In this document: positions 37,639-51,667 of the stretch, in pieces
Numbering within the stretch: the stretch's first letter is position 1
How the letters are laid out: each line of letters starts with the position of its first letter
Assembly: GCA_010093605.1 (NCBI GenBank)
Contig: MU004194.1
Span: forward strand, 782,323 to 846,322
Direction of reading: 5' to 3'
Origin: Lophium mytilinum
Lineage: Eukaryota
Length of the DNA stretch: 64,000 nt
Translations under genes and position numbers: made by a program
Notes under the pieces: generated by a model
Seen by the model: the letters and a program-made list of their open reading frames with translations, nothing else
The model's database searches: none
Told to the model about the DNA's origin: nothing

Positions 37639-38850
37639 CTACGCAATCTTGATGGTGAGCTTGCCGAAGTGCTTCTGATCCCACATGTGCTGGTAAGCCT
37701 CCTTCGCCTCCTTAAGCTCAAACACCTTCTCGTCCACCACAGGCTTGATATCATTCGCCTCAATCGCCCTGTTCATATCTTCAAACTGCAGCCGGGATCC
37801 GACCAGGATGCCGCGGACGGTGCAGATGTTCATCAGACAGTCCAAGAACGTTGGCTGGTCCTTCGACATGCCGCCGAGGAACCCGATGATCGAGATGACT
37901 CCATCGATCTTGATGGCCTTGAGCGACTGCGCCATCGTAGTGGGACCACCGACTTCGAGGATATGCGTCACGCCCGCTCCGCAAGGCGTCAGCGTCTTCG
38001 CCTTCTCGCCCCAGTTCGGCTCATCTTTGTAGTTGATGACATGGTCCGCGCCGAGCTTCTTCAGGAGGTCTGCTTTGGCGCTTGAAGACGTCGTAGCAAT
38101 AACCTGTGCCCCGGCTGCCTTTGCGAACTGCATAGATCTTGTCAATAGACTCGTCCGGGAAAGGACCAAGCATGACATACCTGCACTGCAAAGATGCTAA
38201 CGCCTCCAGTACCTTGCGTCAACACAATATCACCCGGCTTCAGCGCCTTGCTCTCAAGCCCATACAACCCATTCCATGCAGTCAATGCCGCACAGCTGAG
38301 CGTGCTTGCCTCTTGCCAGTCGAGATTCGAGGGGATATGCACCAGTCCCTGCTCATCGAACGCGCCATACTGGCGAAGCGTGCCATCGATCACACCTCCA
38401 AGGCCCGTGGCCACGGATTGCTGGTCCAAAGAACCAGCAATATGGCCTTGGTTGAACAGAGTGGCAACCTTATCGCCGACCTTAAAGCGGGTCACGTGAG
38501 CGCCGACCGCTTCAACGGTGCCTGCGCCATCGGAGGCCGGCACAATGGGGAAGCCCAACGGGAATGGGTATTGGCCCTGGCTATCGTCAACCACTTTCTT
38601 AGTGGGCCTGCGGGGTCCCTCGAAGATTTCTCTCTTACCTTTGGGATGATGAGATCTCGGTAGTTCAACGAAGCCGCATGAACTGATCACTATTAACATT
38701 CTAATTGATCTTGCTGAATTCCGAATACTTGCTCTTGACTAGGACATCCCTATCCCCAATTTTCGGCACGGGAGCACTCTCGTTGAGCTTGAGCGAGTCG
38801 AAGCCGTCCTTCCCTTCGACCGTCCACTGCAGCATTGTCTGAGGCGCCAT
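37639..38850 (-). CDS. MDR-superfamily NAD(P)H oxidoreductase (zinc-type alcohol dehydrogenase-like)
   Basis: Introns 38683-38732 (GC-AG), 38577-38638, about 38129-38180. AASLNYRD, PASDGAGTV, LTQGTGGVS, HFGKLTI. Confidence 0.92.
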
Positions 38851-39964
38851 TATGTTCGAAGAGATGAAATGTACAGTTCAAAAGAAGATGAGTTTCAGAA
38901 AGGCAAGGTGAAGTCTCGTACCAAAGTAGTGGCGAAGTTGTCGTTGATGCTAAAAGAAAGCGGCAACCTCGACCCTTTATGTATGCATGACGTACCCATC
39001 AACCCATCTCTCCACCACGATCCCCCAGACTCCAACTCCCCTGTTCACTAATTGATTGTAAATCTCCCCTAAACTTCCAAGCCCAAGACCACAGCATACG
39101 CCAGCGCCAACGCTTTTCCCTCTAGATCTGGCCCGAGGTGGAGCAAAACCCCCCCAACTACGATGAATAGGGCGTATATCCGAGCTAGCCCACCCGGGGC
39201 CACCCCACTAAACCGGGGGATATAGGCAGGCGCTAGGATCTTGGATACAGATGTCTTGACGCAAAACGGTCCGTAGAACGTTGCTACCGCGGTATAATTG
39301 CTCGTATAAAAAATGTGCCGACCTTCCGCGGAGTCTGATTCGTTCGTGCCTGACACGAAACCCAATGAAATGCCCCCTTCGCCACCATCGCCACAATGAA
39401 ACCAATGCAAAAGACCATGCTGACTTCACACAAAAGTTCTTACAAAGGTTTCATGATTTTCGGTCTTATTGCTCCAGTACCCTGCAGCAAATCCTCGCCG
39501 ATCCTGACGTCCAAATATCAAGTCGTCGGCTTTGGCTCGGGCCTCATCGGACCTTACGGGCCTGTCTTGGTGTGAGAAGAAGCTAGTGTTATATCATTTC
39601 TGACAAATGCAGTCTGATATCAAGGAGAAGGTTGCAAAGATGATTAATATGCGAGCCGAGGGCTTCACTGATGCTTTGCAATTCACGGGGTGGAAGGATC
39701 AACTCGCATGCCGAATGCAACGCTTGTGGAAGATGGCGGTGCAAGAAGACCCCTCATTCAACCAGTTCGGCCGTGAGCACATCAAGCAGCAGACAAAATG
39801 CAATCACATAGATCCTCACGGGGGGCTCTGAATGGGTTCCATACGAAATGTATGGAATTGCAATGCTTCTATATATACAACGCGCCGGTGCTCGTCCGCA
39901 CGGTCGTGGATCTATTAGAATGCCGCAGTGCACGGAAAGGTCATGACCATCAACTCGCTATGCC

Positions 39965-42958
39965 TCATGTTTCCCATTCCGGATTCTAAAAATGACGTTA
40001 GCAAGAAGCTGCAAAGTATAGCGCTAGATGTGTGGAGCACTCACCTTCCGTAGGATTACCACACCCTCTAGATTGCTGCTCAGGCTGAGGTACTGCTCGT
40101 CCTCCAGCTCAGCCCGCTCCCCGTAGGCCAAGAGGACAGGCGTGCTCTGAGTTTGCCAGCCGGTGATCGTCTTCGGGCGACCTGCTTGCCCGACAATGTC
40201 CACCGCCTGACCAACACGCACGTTGACGGTCAGCGGCTTCAGGTCTTCGTCCAAGGTGATGAGGAATCTTGGTGCCATGGCAGTAACCACAAAGTAGAGG
40301 AGATAGTGCGAGTCGCCGAGAATGAATGACTTCGCATCAATCATAGACACGAGTACAGTCAGCAGCCCAGCGGCAGCAACTCGTGACAGCACCTGTCGAT
40401 CTGTGTGGAAGGGGTTGACAGACAGAGTACCTTTGCCCATGTGCAACAAACCTTGGGCGATGCGCACCATAAATAGCGCGTTGGGATCCCGGTGATAGTA
40501 GCTGGCTAGCTGTCGGAGAAGTTGTGCCAGACGAGCATTGTTGGTACCAGCACCGACAAGACCCATGGCGAAGATGGCGTTGATGGCAACATCGTTGTCG
40601 TTGTCGTGACTGTATCTAGACAAAGTGTCATAGACCTTCATCTGAGGATTACTGGGGCTAATGAGACCCATTGCGAGAGGTACAGCTTTCCGGATATTAG
40701 CCTCTCCGTAATGCATGAGATGTCCAAACGTCCGAAGAACCATTTCTTGGCCAACGTCTTCTCCCATGGCAACCAGAGACAAGCCAATGACTGCATATGA
40801 CTGTAGCAGCTCATCTCCCTTCTTCTCATCGCTATCCTCTTCAATGTGGTCGTTGCAGATATGGAGGAGTTGCTGTAGCTTCAGCACAGCTCCAGTACCC
40901 GCCCACGCGCACACTTCAGCCAATACAGATGTTGGCTTGGACATGGGATGATCGATTGCTTTCAGGGTTTCCAGAATGACATCCACCTCCTCTTGCTGCC
41001 CGAAGTACAGAAGGGCCAGCCCGAGTGCCATGAACCTAGTCCACTTGTCTTTGAGCTGCTTTGTCCGGTCCTCGTCCAAGAATGTCTGGATGATGGCTTC
41101 GGACACATCGCTCTGCGCAGATCCAACGAAGATTAGACCCAAAGATAGGGCGGCCATGGCAGAGAGCTGCATGTCGAGGTTGGTATCAGTGACGATAGGA
41201 AGTAGTCGCTCCAGAAGTTCTTCCTTGTTCGACCCTGCGTAGGCAAGACCCAGACCCATGATCGATGCTACTCGTACGTTGATATTCTTGTTGGCCAGGT
41301 TGGTGTCCTCGCCAAGTAAAGCCAGAGCGGGATCTGCATCCATCCGCACTCCAGAGTTGATTATACCTGTCGCGAGGAAAGCACCCGCCTTGATATAATC
41401 ATCGTTGTGGTCGGTATAGGGATCGATCTTATCAAGACCCATCTCTACGTCCCATTGCATGAGCATGCCCAAAGAAGCGGCTGTCGACATCATTCCCTCG
41501 TCTTTGGTTTTCCATACCCAGCTGTGTTTGTTGTCTTCCGTTAGCATTAATTTGTCATTGCCAAATCCAGCGTTGACAAAGGCATTGACGAAAGCGCTGG
41601 CAAGATTGTGCCTAGCGGAGTCGGTGTTGGTCAGGCCTGCAGTCCGACTGCTTTCAAGATGTGTCTTGTAGATGTCGTCTGGTGTTTTCGGGTCCAGTAT
41701 GTTGAGCTCTTTGGCAAGAGCTTTGAAGTGATCCGGCAGCCTCGTGTTGTTCAAACACTCTTGCAACTCTGGGTCTTCGTCCTCCGAGACATCCAACCCT
41801 ATCCGTTGGCGTGCAATAAGGAAAGCCATCTGTCGCCGGATAGACTTGTCATCTGTCGAGTTGAAGGCCTCCTCTATTAGCTCCTGGTCGTTGAGACGAA
41901 TAGCGAGCACGATCGCTTGCGTATACTGCTTATATCTTCGGTATATCTTGTATGCGGTGCGGAGGAATCGGTCGTTGTCGGGGTAGGTAAGAAGGGATAC
42001 CGTGCTAATGCCATTAGTGATTGTCGAAAGATGACCGGTAAGAATAGCGCGTACCTTATCATGTACAAGCACACCCTCGAGTAGATGTTCTCATCCAAAT
42101 GCTCCTCTATGGACTCAATCATCTCCAACTCGCTGAGGATATCGACCGCATCCGCCTCGGCGTTGTGCTTGAGGAAGAAAGGAACCAGGGTCAGTGCGAG
42201 ATCAGTGATGTCGTCTGTGGCCTTGTCATCATTCAAGCGGCTCTGGAATTCCCGGCCAATCTCGAGAGCCAGATGCCGCATATATTCGTGCCCCCAGGAG
42301 CCCAAATCTGTCGAGGGCGCCTGGAGCCTATACTTCAGGCAGTCCAACCGCTCTTCGTCCGAGTAGGTCATTCCGAGTACAGATAGCATGTCTGCAAATG
42401 AAGTCTAGCATCCCGTCAGTACACGGGCTTGATACTCTCCGTCATGTTCCGTACCTTGTTGTCTCCAGCCGGCCATGATTCGTATGCCTTCTCCAACTTC
42501 TCGTAGTGGGGCCGTAGAAATTTGAGCGGTTTGGGTACTGCGGTCATCGATGAAGTCGACGTCTTGATGAAGTTCTTGATAGCTTCCAGCGCGGGCTTGT
42601 ACAGGCTCGTGTCCGATTCCTGCAGCAACGTCGAGTAAGCTTCTGTGACCATGCGAGACATACATGCTCGCGAAACGTACCAGTATTCGCTCGACCAGCA
42701 TGTCGAGTTCGCTCTTAAGTTGTTGATCTTCCTCGCTGAGCTCTTCTGTGAAACAAATACTCGGTCAGCTTGAGCTAGAGACAAGCCCAAAAGGCCAGCG
42801 CTGGGTGCGAACATACCAGCAGGGAGACCGCCTTTCTGTCCATCCTTTATGACTTTGCCGTCCTTGTCCTTTTCTGGGCTACTTGCGCCATCAACTGTAT
42901 CTGAGGCTTTCCCCTTGCCCTTATCCACAGGTGTGGGCTTCTCATCTTCCTTCGCCAT
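39965..42958 (-). CDS. RPN1: 26S proteasome regulatory subunit Rpn1 (PSMD2)
   Basis: [22 protein letters not shown] repeats, [31 protein letters not shown]. Five introns; last exon NPEWET*. Confidence 0.97.
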
Positions 42959-44095
42959 GGTGTACGTAGTAGATGGCTAGGTCGGAGGCGGCGAGCTTGT
43001 GAACAGCGTGTAACGCACGGAGATGTGTCCCCAGAGTCGAAGCTCTAGGAAGGTTCGGAAGCAAATAGCGGACGGGAGAGAGAGGAGAAGGGTCAGTGAG
43101 CTGTGTTGTGAAGGTGGTAACTGAGGTTAATGGGTGCTGTTGATGCGCAAGGTTGGAGCTAGGGCTCTGGTAATCCATCGCCGCGCCAAGCCGCTAAGCC
43201 CTGAAGCTGTGATTTTCCGCGAGTCTATGGGCGTCCATGAGCATCCAAAGTATATATTTTGAGAGAGAAGCCTCAACAACAGGCATGCTTGACTGCGTCT
43301 CAGACACCACGAGTTCGAGCTTGATGGCAATTCAAATGGATTTGGATACTTTCAGTATGGATGCTTCTTCACGAACACCATATCACCAACGTAGTAGAAC
43401 CGATGTATACTGGTGTGGATCATATCATTCACGTATCGAAACTAGCTATCCCGCTGATACTTGACCCTACACCTAGAACCATTTTGCCGCTTAATGACCT
43501 TTTCGCAAATGCCCTCCGACTCCCATCCCATTCGTTGAGTCGTCGCTCTTCACATGACGCATTGCTGCAATAGTCTGTAGTCCATCAGCCTCACAAGGAG
43601 ACGATCCCGAAGTGTTGAATGAATGAAAAGAAGACGACCATCAATGATTGCCACTTCTTCCGTCCATCGCAACAAAAACAAAAGAAAAATCAAGGGGAAG
43701 TGTTGGGTAGCATGAAGAAATTTTTGGGTGATTGATGAAGGGAAGGGAATTAGTGCAAGGTGTGAACAAAGTGTGATGATGCAAGGAAATAAAATTCACA
43801 GTGGAGTGGAGTCTCAAAGCCAGATGTTTGAGTCGAAGTTTTATGCTGGAAAGGCTCCCAAAGTGACGCTGCTCCGGAGCCGGGCGGTTGATCATGCTCA
43901 GATGAAATGAGGTTCGCAGAGGATATCGTTTCGGTGTATCGATGTTGACGGTAATGGCGATACTTTTGGTTACGAGGACCTGGTGACCTCCGTAGTGCCA
44001 AACCAAAGCTGAAATGATGAGGAGGATAGATGCCGGCAAGTAATGCTGAGTGTTGGGAGACCTAGCAAATATGATCGCGGCAGAAGTCGGTGACT

Positions 44096-46146
44096 CTAAT
44101 CGTGGCGGGTAGAGCCATGGCTAGAGCTAGAGGCGTCCTCGACAGACGCCTTGACTGGTGTCGCCGGGGTGGTCTTGGCCTCGCCGTCATGGTCCGAGTT
44201 GGATCCGTCGCCCTCGACCTTGACAATTGAGGGGATGCTAGACTGCGACATCGGGTGCATCGTGGAGCGCTGCATGCCCAGACTGGAGCTGACGGGAGGG
44301 ACCCAGGCGCGGACGCGAGGCGGCTGCGGAGCGTAGGACTGTGGGTGTTGGCTAGAGATCGTGTTAGCTGTGACGTTGCGAAAGCAGGGCAATACGACTT
44401 ACTTCTGCTGGGCCTGAAGGAAAACCTCGAATTCGTTGGCAGCGTCTTGTTCGGTCGCGGAGAGGTGGGAGAATCTCTGCTCAGTCGGGAACATGTTCTG
44501 ACGGGCGACGGCAACGCCCATGTCGTATTCGGCAGCCCTGAACTGACGTCCTGCCGCTGTCTGCTGCTTCAGCAGCTTCTGCTCGTGGGTGTCCGAGTAA
44601 CGAATCTGAATGAGGTGCTCTTCGCCTCCAGGCTTCGACACGGGGGTGTTGTTGAAGTTGCGAATGATTTCTTCGCAGATCTCGCGGGTCTCGAACCTGT
44701 TGGAAGCGTGTTAGTGAGCGCACGACTCGGGTTCGCGATGGGGAGAAGCATACCGAGCGAAGCCAACACCACGGCCGTTGCCGCTGCTGTCACGAAGGAT
44801 CCTGCTCGAGCAGACCTTGTGCGGAGAGAAGATCGAACCGAGCTCCTATGGCGAGGTCAGCAAGCACTCATACAAGTCGGAGTGATGAAGGTACTTACAT
44901 GCTCGTTCATGTTGCGCGGGATATTTGAGACGTAGAGATTGGTGTTGTTCTCATCGGCGAACTTCTTGAGCTTGGCATAGAAGGATTCCTAAAAGTGGTG
45001 GTGAGCATGGACGCTTGGTCGATTGGGGATGGAGGAGACGTACCCTCGCGAAGCTGACTTCGTAACCCAGGTAGTGGAAGCCGCGAATGCAGTCCTCAGC
45101 GTCGGCGAAGTTGTGGTACTTGATGAAGCCGAATCTGAGAAGGGAAGTTAGCGGTGGCCAGGCGAAGACGGAGAGGTGACTCACCCTTTGCAGAGGTTCG
45201 TCTTCAAGTCGATGATTGACTTCGAGCTCTGGATGTCGCCAAAGCGAGAGCCCCAAGCATGGAGCATCTCGTCGGTGGTCTCTGGCAGAAGACCCCGGAT
45301 GTAGACATTCGTCTCTCCGTTCTTGTTCTCAAGACTACGGTCCAAAGGCTTCAGGGGGGACTGCGGAGCTGGGATGGCCCGCGGAATTGCCGGCTCCTGC
45401 TGAAGGAGGATCATCAGGTGAGGAGGCAGAGTCGTCAGGGGCTGAGCCTTGCCCATCTGCGCGAGAGCATAGGGGTGCGACATCTGAGAGGGCGAAGGAG
45501 TTGCACTGTGAGTGAAGACGCCACTCGGAGAACGGTCCATGACGGTCGTGCCGTTGCGGTAGACGCCATAGCCAGTATATGGCGTTCCCGGAAGATCATT
45601 CTCGTTGGAGGAGATGGAGTCGCGACGCGGTGTCATCAAGGCTGGCATCTCGCCCGAGGAGACTCGGCTGGCCCAGGTCGGTCCCATGGGGCTGTTCTCA
45701 GCCATGGCATGGTGGCCATACTGATAGCTGGCCTGCTGCATGTACGGAGTGTACATGCCCGGCGAATGAGGCATACCTGTTTGCTGTTGAGCTGCTTGCG
45801 GCAAGACGTTGTACATGCCCGAAAGGACATGCTGATTGGGGATCCATAAACCTTGGTGGTGAGCGAGGGGGACACCGCCATACTCGGAAGAAGCGGCGGA
45901 GACTTGAGAACCGTTCTTGCTAGCAGCGGAAGAGTTGAAGCTGGAGTGAAGGCTCATGCCGCCCATGCCGTTGGCCAAGGTTGACATGTTGGCGTCGGCC
46001 ATGTGGTGAGCCATGCCTTGAACGCCGCGAGGGAGGTAGCCGGCAGCACCGTGATTCTGGCCGGTGACGCCGTAGTGAGTCGGCATAGTCTGACCCTTGT
46101 AGGCAGCGGAGCCGTTGGCGTAGATGTTGCGACGCTGAGAGTCCAT
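44096..46146 (-). CDS. Two-RRM RNA-binding protein (MSSP/RBMS/Spo5-like)
   Basis: RRM1 TNVYIRGLLPETTDE..KGFGFIKYHN..RGFHYLGYEVSFA; RRM2 NLYVSNIP..RILRD..GVGFA. Several short introns. An acceptor site just upstream of the ATG means the start could lie in an earlier exon. Confidence 0.88.
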
Positions 46147-49100
46147 CTTGCTCGAATGTAACCTGAGATCGTTGCTCGTTAGCTCTTGTTCGTCCAAAAC
46201 GTGCGAGTGCAGGCAGCTCCAGTTCTGTGGCGAGAAGAGAAGGCGATGAAGAGTCAGGATCGTGCGGAGCTGGAGTGAGGGAGTAGAAGAGGGAGCCACG
46301 TGGTGGTGGGGCTGGAGGAGCCGCTAGCAAAGCTGGTGGGGAAGTGCCAGAGCGGCTGATCAGGGAACTGGAAGAGACGGGGAACGAACCGTACAGAGAT
46401 TGGAGGATCGTCTGTAGTGATGTTGTAAGGCGGAAGAGACTGTGCTGCGCAGAGAGTCAGCCGTGGTGTCTCGCCCAAGGTAGGCAGAGGGAGGAGCGGG
46501 CGACGGAGGGGAAGAGGCCGGGCGGTCCCTCGACTCGGTGGAGTGAACGCTGGGACAGACCGCGGCGAGTGAAATGAGGGACGAGGCCGGGGAACTGCTG
46601 GGGGACGAGAGAGGAGCGGGGACTGACCTTCGCAATAGACTCAACTTTTGGAGCTGGGACAAAGTATGAGTGACAGAAGCAAGCTGCGACGAAGTCAGTG
46701 GCAGACTCGTCGATGATGAGCTCGAGATGGGCGGGGCTGACTGACCTCTGGAAAGCTACGAAGAATGTCGGACTCTGAGCAGATGGTGGAAGAAGGTGGA
46801 GAGAAGAGGAGAGGCAGGTCGGCGGGCAGAAGAAGATATGGCGGGCTCGCTTAGGGTGAAGATGTAGAAGGAGCTGCGGAGACGTCAGGGCACGAGTAAA
46901 CAGAGCCAGGACCAGCAACCACCGTCGCCCTCGCCTGCTGCAGCGCTTTATCTCTCCACGCTGCAAGAGTCGCCCTCGAGCGAGCCCCGTGAAGCAGCAG
47001 CGACAATCCGCACGGGGGACGGCAGGCCCACACCGGATGCACGCACCTCTCGATGTTCTCGTCGCCGTCGACGCTGGAGTTGCCTAAGTATACTGACGGA
47101 AAGCTGTCTCGATATCAATGTCCTCGCTGCCCGCGTTCGGTATGTCGTGTGTGTGTTTCTGGGGCGCCCGTGAAGGGTGAGATGCCGCTCTTATATGCAC
47201 GGCGCAGCGTTGGGGCGGCCGTCGATCCCAGGGTGTCGCGCTGCGGGTGAATACCCAGGCACTGGCCGGCTGGGGCAGCTCGTCTTGTGCTCTTGACCAC
47301 GCCCGCCTTCCTACCGTTTGAGACGCCTCTGCCGCTTTAGAGTCTGGGAGCCGCTTGCTTGCAGCGGCCCCGCGGCAATGTGCTGCCTCGAGGGCTGTCT
47401 CGATCGACGCGGTGCAGCCCTTGCCGTAGGCTTAGGAGAGCCCGCGCTGCCATTTTCTACGCCAACCGCTGCAGGGCTCGAGGCCGATGTCCAGGGGCGC
47501 CTCCTGAGTGAGCATGTAGTTCCGCGTCACGTTAGCCCTACCCTTCTTCTTCAAGTCCACGACCTGTCACATAGGAGCCCATGGCCTGCAGTGGCAGCCG
47601 TCCTATCACGGCAGCGCTCGTCCGGTTTTGACGTCAATTGAGTTTGCCGGGATGCTTCGGTGTTACATCTACAACGTCTGGTTCTTACACTGGGGATAGG
47701 GGAGCGTCACCGCAGGCACGGAGTCTGTGCAGAGCTTGAAATAGCCTCGTGGGATGCAGCAGCAGCGCTTGTGCTCGGAGCCCCATGCTGAAGGCTGATC
47801 TATTGCATCAGCTAGTTGTATACATCCCCACTTTGCGACAGCTACACAAGAACCCACACGGCTGGCGTTCTCCATCAGGTGATGGGACAGACTCAAGAAC
47901 TTACCGGCTCTCAACTACATCATCCGTTCGCCCTCACCAGTGGCAACGAACCGCTCGACGGGCCATTCCGTTCGCTACGGCCCAGTGCATGAAGCAAGGG
48001 CAGATTCCGACGGCCTACAGCTATTACCCCGGGCGCCCTGCTAACGGACAAGGAACGTTACGACAATCAGAGACAGCAACTTGTAGGACCACTGTTAGCA
48101 CTGCACGGATATACGAGAGGCTGGAGAGGCAATAGAGGCAAAAGAGGCAAGAAACGGCCACGCTGTGCAAATCGATTCGAGGACGACAGCAGCTCACGGT
48201 GACGGTGGAGGCTGGAGGCATTTCACTAACCATACCTGTCTCTTCTCTGGTCGGCGGCACTGCAAAGCACCGTATCCAGGCACCGCCCCGGGTAGCGTGC
48301 GACGAGATCATGCTCGATAGGGATTCTGCTGCTGCGCGGGCGTGCTGCGCAGGCGTATGCCCCGTGATCCGTGTGTTGAGGCGAAACCATGGCGGCCGTC
48401 CCGGTAGACGGGTCGCCTGCTGAAACATGGACGGGTAGTGAAAACGGTCTTCTAGAAGCTCAACTCTTTTCAAACTGACATGTCGTTTGTGACGGAGAAG
48501 AGGCGTTGCTGGCGGTGATCGGCCTTGCACTTCCGCGCACGTTGAACGGAGGATTTTCGATCAATCACACGGAGATTCTCAACCGGGTTTTCAGACGGTG
48601 GTTGACGGTTTGATGTCGTGGAGCGTTGGCGCTGTGCATCTCCCGCACGGATGCTAGTGCAAACCTGGATGGAAAGACTCAGAGCAGACACTCCAAGGAC
48701 CGACACGACCTGCGGGTCATCTAAGGTTGTTATACCAGACCTGTAACCGGGACGCTGGGACGATCAGCTCAACTTGAACTCCAGACGCAAATGGGTATTG
48801 CTACTAGGGCTCTGTGCAATCGCATTACTGACATGGCGAGAAAGGCCGTCGTATGAGAGACTGGGCTTGCGTGTGCTTTGGTAGACGAACCAGAGACTAC
48901 TGCAGGCTCCCACTGGTATTCTAGAGTGCAGCCAGATTAGCAGGGTTCGTGATGCACGTCTGCAGAGCGCGAGGACACCCCGTGTGACAGCAGGCCTCGC
49001 CGGTCCATCAGTGGTCGTACAGACATCCAAGAGAACAATACTGCAGATCGTAAAGCCTCAGGGAGCTGATACAGGAACCGGATGTCGTAGGAGCAGGTAT

Positions 49101-49524
49101 AGGCAACATGCAGAATGTTGTGTTTATCGGACAGATCACCTGGACTTGACGTCGGGGTGAGGTCCAATGCCGCGCATTATGTAAGCATATTGTTTTGTGC
49201 GCACCTGCGCACTGCGCACTACAGACCCATGGTCCCATATATCCCAGGTTGGCGTAGCAACGTTCATGGGACTTATCTTATCTTTAGGCAGATCTTATGG
49301 AGAGCCGTGTCTAGCCTGGCTTAAATCACAGGAAGGGGTATAGTGAGGCTTATTTTGGTTTGGTTCTATATATCGACGCTCAGATAAGAATGCATATGCT
49401 ATGCTAGCAGCACCCAGATCCCTCTAACAAGACCGTCAAGCTCATCAACCGGAGAAGCTAACGCCAGCCGCGGAGCTCCAAGAGCGGCGAAAATCACAAA
49501 TGCTAGATAGTATAAGCAAGGGAA

Positions 49525-51667
49525 TCATGACCAGACATCCTCCTGGTACTGGTTGGACGCCCTCATCGCCTTCACAATATCCTCAGCCTTGGACTCTGGC
49601 ACACCCCGCTGCTTAGAGATGATCTTCGCTAATAGCACATTGACTTCTCGTGCCATGTTAGCGGCATCACCGCAAACGTAGAAGTATGCCTTCTGCTGGA
49701 GGAGCTTGTCTAGTTCCTCGGCGTACTCCTCGATCTTGTGCTGGACGTAGACCTTCTTAGGCCCATCTCTAGAGAAAGCAACATGCAACACAAAGTTTTC
49801 GCCCAAATCCTTTTCGTATTGCTGAGACGATTATTAGCAAGCCGTTTTTCTAGATGCGCAGATTGTTTCGACTTACCTGCCACTCATTTTCATACAAGAA
49901 ATCTTCTTCCTTTCTTCTGCATCCGAAGAAAAGCACAGTCTTTCCCACGGCTTGGCCAGCGCGAGCCTGGGACGCACGTTCTTGGACGAAGGCTCTGAAC
50001 GGAGCAACGCCGGTGCCGGGGCCGACCATAATGATCGGTTTTGTGGGGTCTGACGGAAGCTTGAAGTTCGAGTGACGCACGTGGACGGGCACGTGAATGC
50101 CATCGTATTTGTTTCGCGGTCCAGTAAGAGCGTAGTTCAAGCCATGAGGATCTGGCTCGGCAGCACCGTGTTGTTTCTGTTTCAGGGCGAGGAGATAATT
50201 TGTGGTGACACCCTTCAAGATGTGTGGCGAGTTTGGCTTTGCCGAAGATTCAACCACGGCTGTTATGGAAATCTTATCCTTTTGCACCAGCGACGACGAC
50301 GAGATGGAGTAAAACCGGGGCTGGATCTTGATCAAGCCTTCGATCATCAGGGAGAATGGTACTTTGTCCCAGGCTTGTCCGTTTGAAAGTGTTTCGAGAA
50401 GCTGGGCAATGTTGAGGCTGCGATCAATGACCTTTTCGTGGAAATAGTCTTTGTCACCACCGAGCTTGGCCATCTCAGCCTTGACATCTTCGGTAGGAGC
50501 AAAGGCAGAAATCGTCGATACGAATTGACGTGATACAGGAGCGCAGATTTCCATGTGGTAGCGGATAGCGGCGTCGTAGGTCGTAGGGGCCGGGAACGGA
50601 ACCTTGGCAGTAGGATCTAGGCCCTTGACACCGATGACCATGTGGCGCTTAGATTCAAGACCGAGGATGTTGATGAAGCGGTCCACTTCTCTGCCGGCGT
50701 TGGTTGGCCAAATTGCGATATGATCGCCGGTCGTGTACGACAAATTAGAGCCAGAGATGTCAATTTCCATGTGCAAGCAGTTCCGGTCTTTCGCGGTGAA
50801 GAGTTCCTGTGATTCGGCGATTGGGGCAATGAAGGGGTTGTTGGCGTTGAACGGGCCTTTCTGGTTGCCTTCGAGATGGTTCTTGTTGGGTTCTCCCAGA
50901 TAGACCTCATCCTCGTCAGCATCCATATCTGGCTTCTCGGTAATCTCGAAAACGGGCTCGTAGACGGCCTCCCGCTCCTCCAAGCCCATCTTCTCGCAAA
51001 CATCGGCCCACATGGGTTCTTTCCAGGCCAAGAAGTCTTCCTCCATTGTTCCAGCACCGTCGTCTCCTTCGCCAGCATTTCCGAATCTCGTGGCGCCCAA
51101 GCGGATGAGGGCTTTGTCGACGTTGCGGACCATGGAATTATAGTGCTCGTAGGTGTTGTTGCCCAGACCGAAAGTAACGTACTTCAAGTGCGAAAGTGGC
51201 TTGTCCTCAGCCTGGATACCCTCACTGAAAGAAACGTCCTCGGCGCTGATGAACTCGTAGAACTCGACAGCATTATCTGTAGGCTCGCCCTCGCCATAGG
51301 TGGCTAGGACGAATACGGCGAGCTTGTCTTCGGGGAATTGGTCGAGGTTTTCGTAGTCGTAGTCCTCCAAGTCAGCGACCATGGTGCTTAGACCAAACCT
51401 CGAATGGCCTTCCTTGGCCAGTCTCGAGGCATAGTCCTCTGCGGTTCCAGTCTGACTTCCATAGAATATTATGCAGTTTTTGCCACTCTCATCCAGCTTC
51501 TCGATAATGTTTCTCGACTTGCCGGACTTGGCGGCGCCGTTCGGCACAGCAGCATTGCCATATGGATCCCCGTAGACAGCCCAGTATGTGCCTTTGGTGA
51601 AATAGGCGATGGTCCCGATGAGAAGCGCCGCGAGGACGACGATGTCTAGGGTGTCGAGCTGGGCCAT
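49525..51667 (-). CDS. cprA: NADPH-cytochrome P450 reductase
   Basis: N-terminal membrane anchor; FMN motifs FYGSQTGTAE and ATYGEGEPTDN; FAD motif RFYSISS; NADPH motif MVGPGTGVAPFR; terminal YQEDVWS. Intron 49822-49876 and a probable 5'UTR intron ending just before the ATG. Confidence 0.97.
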
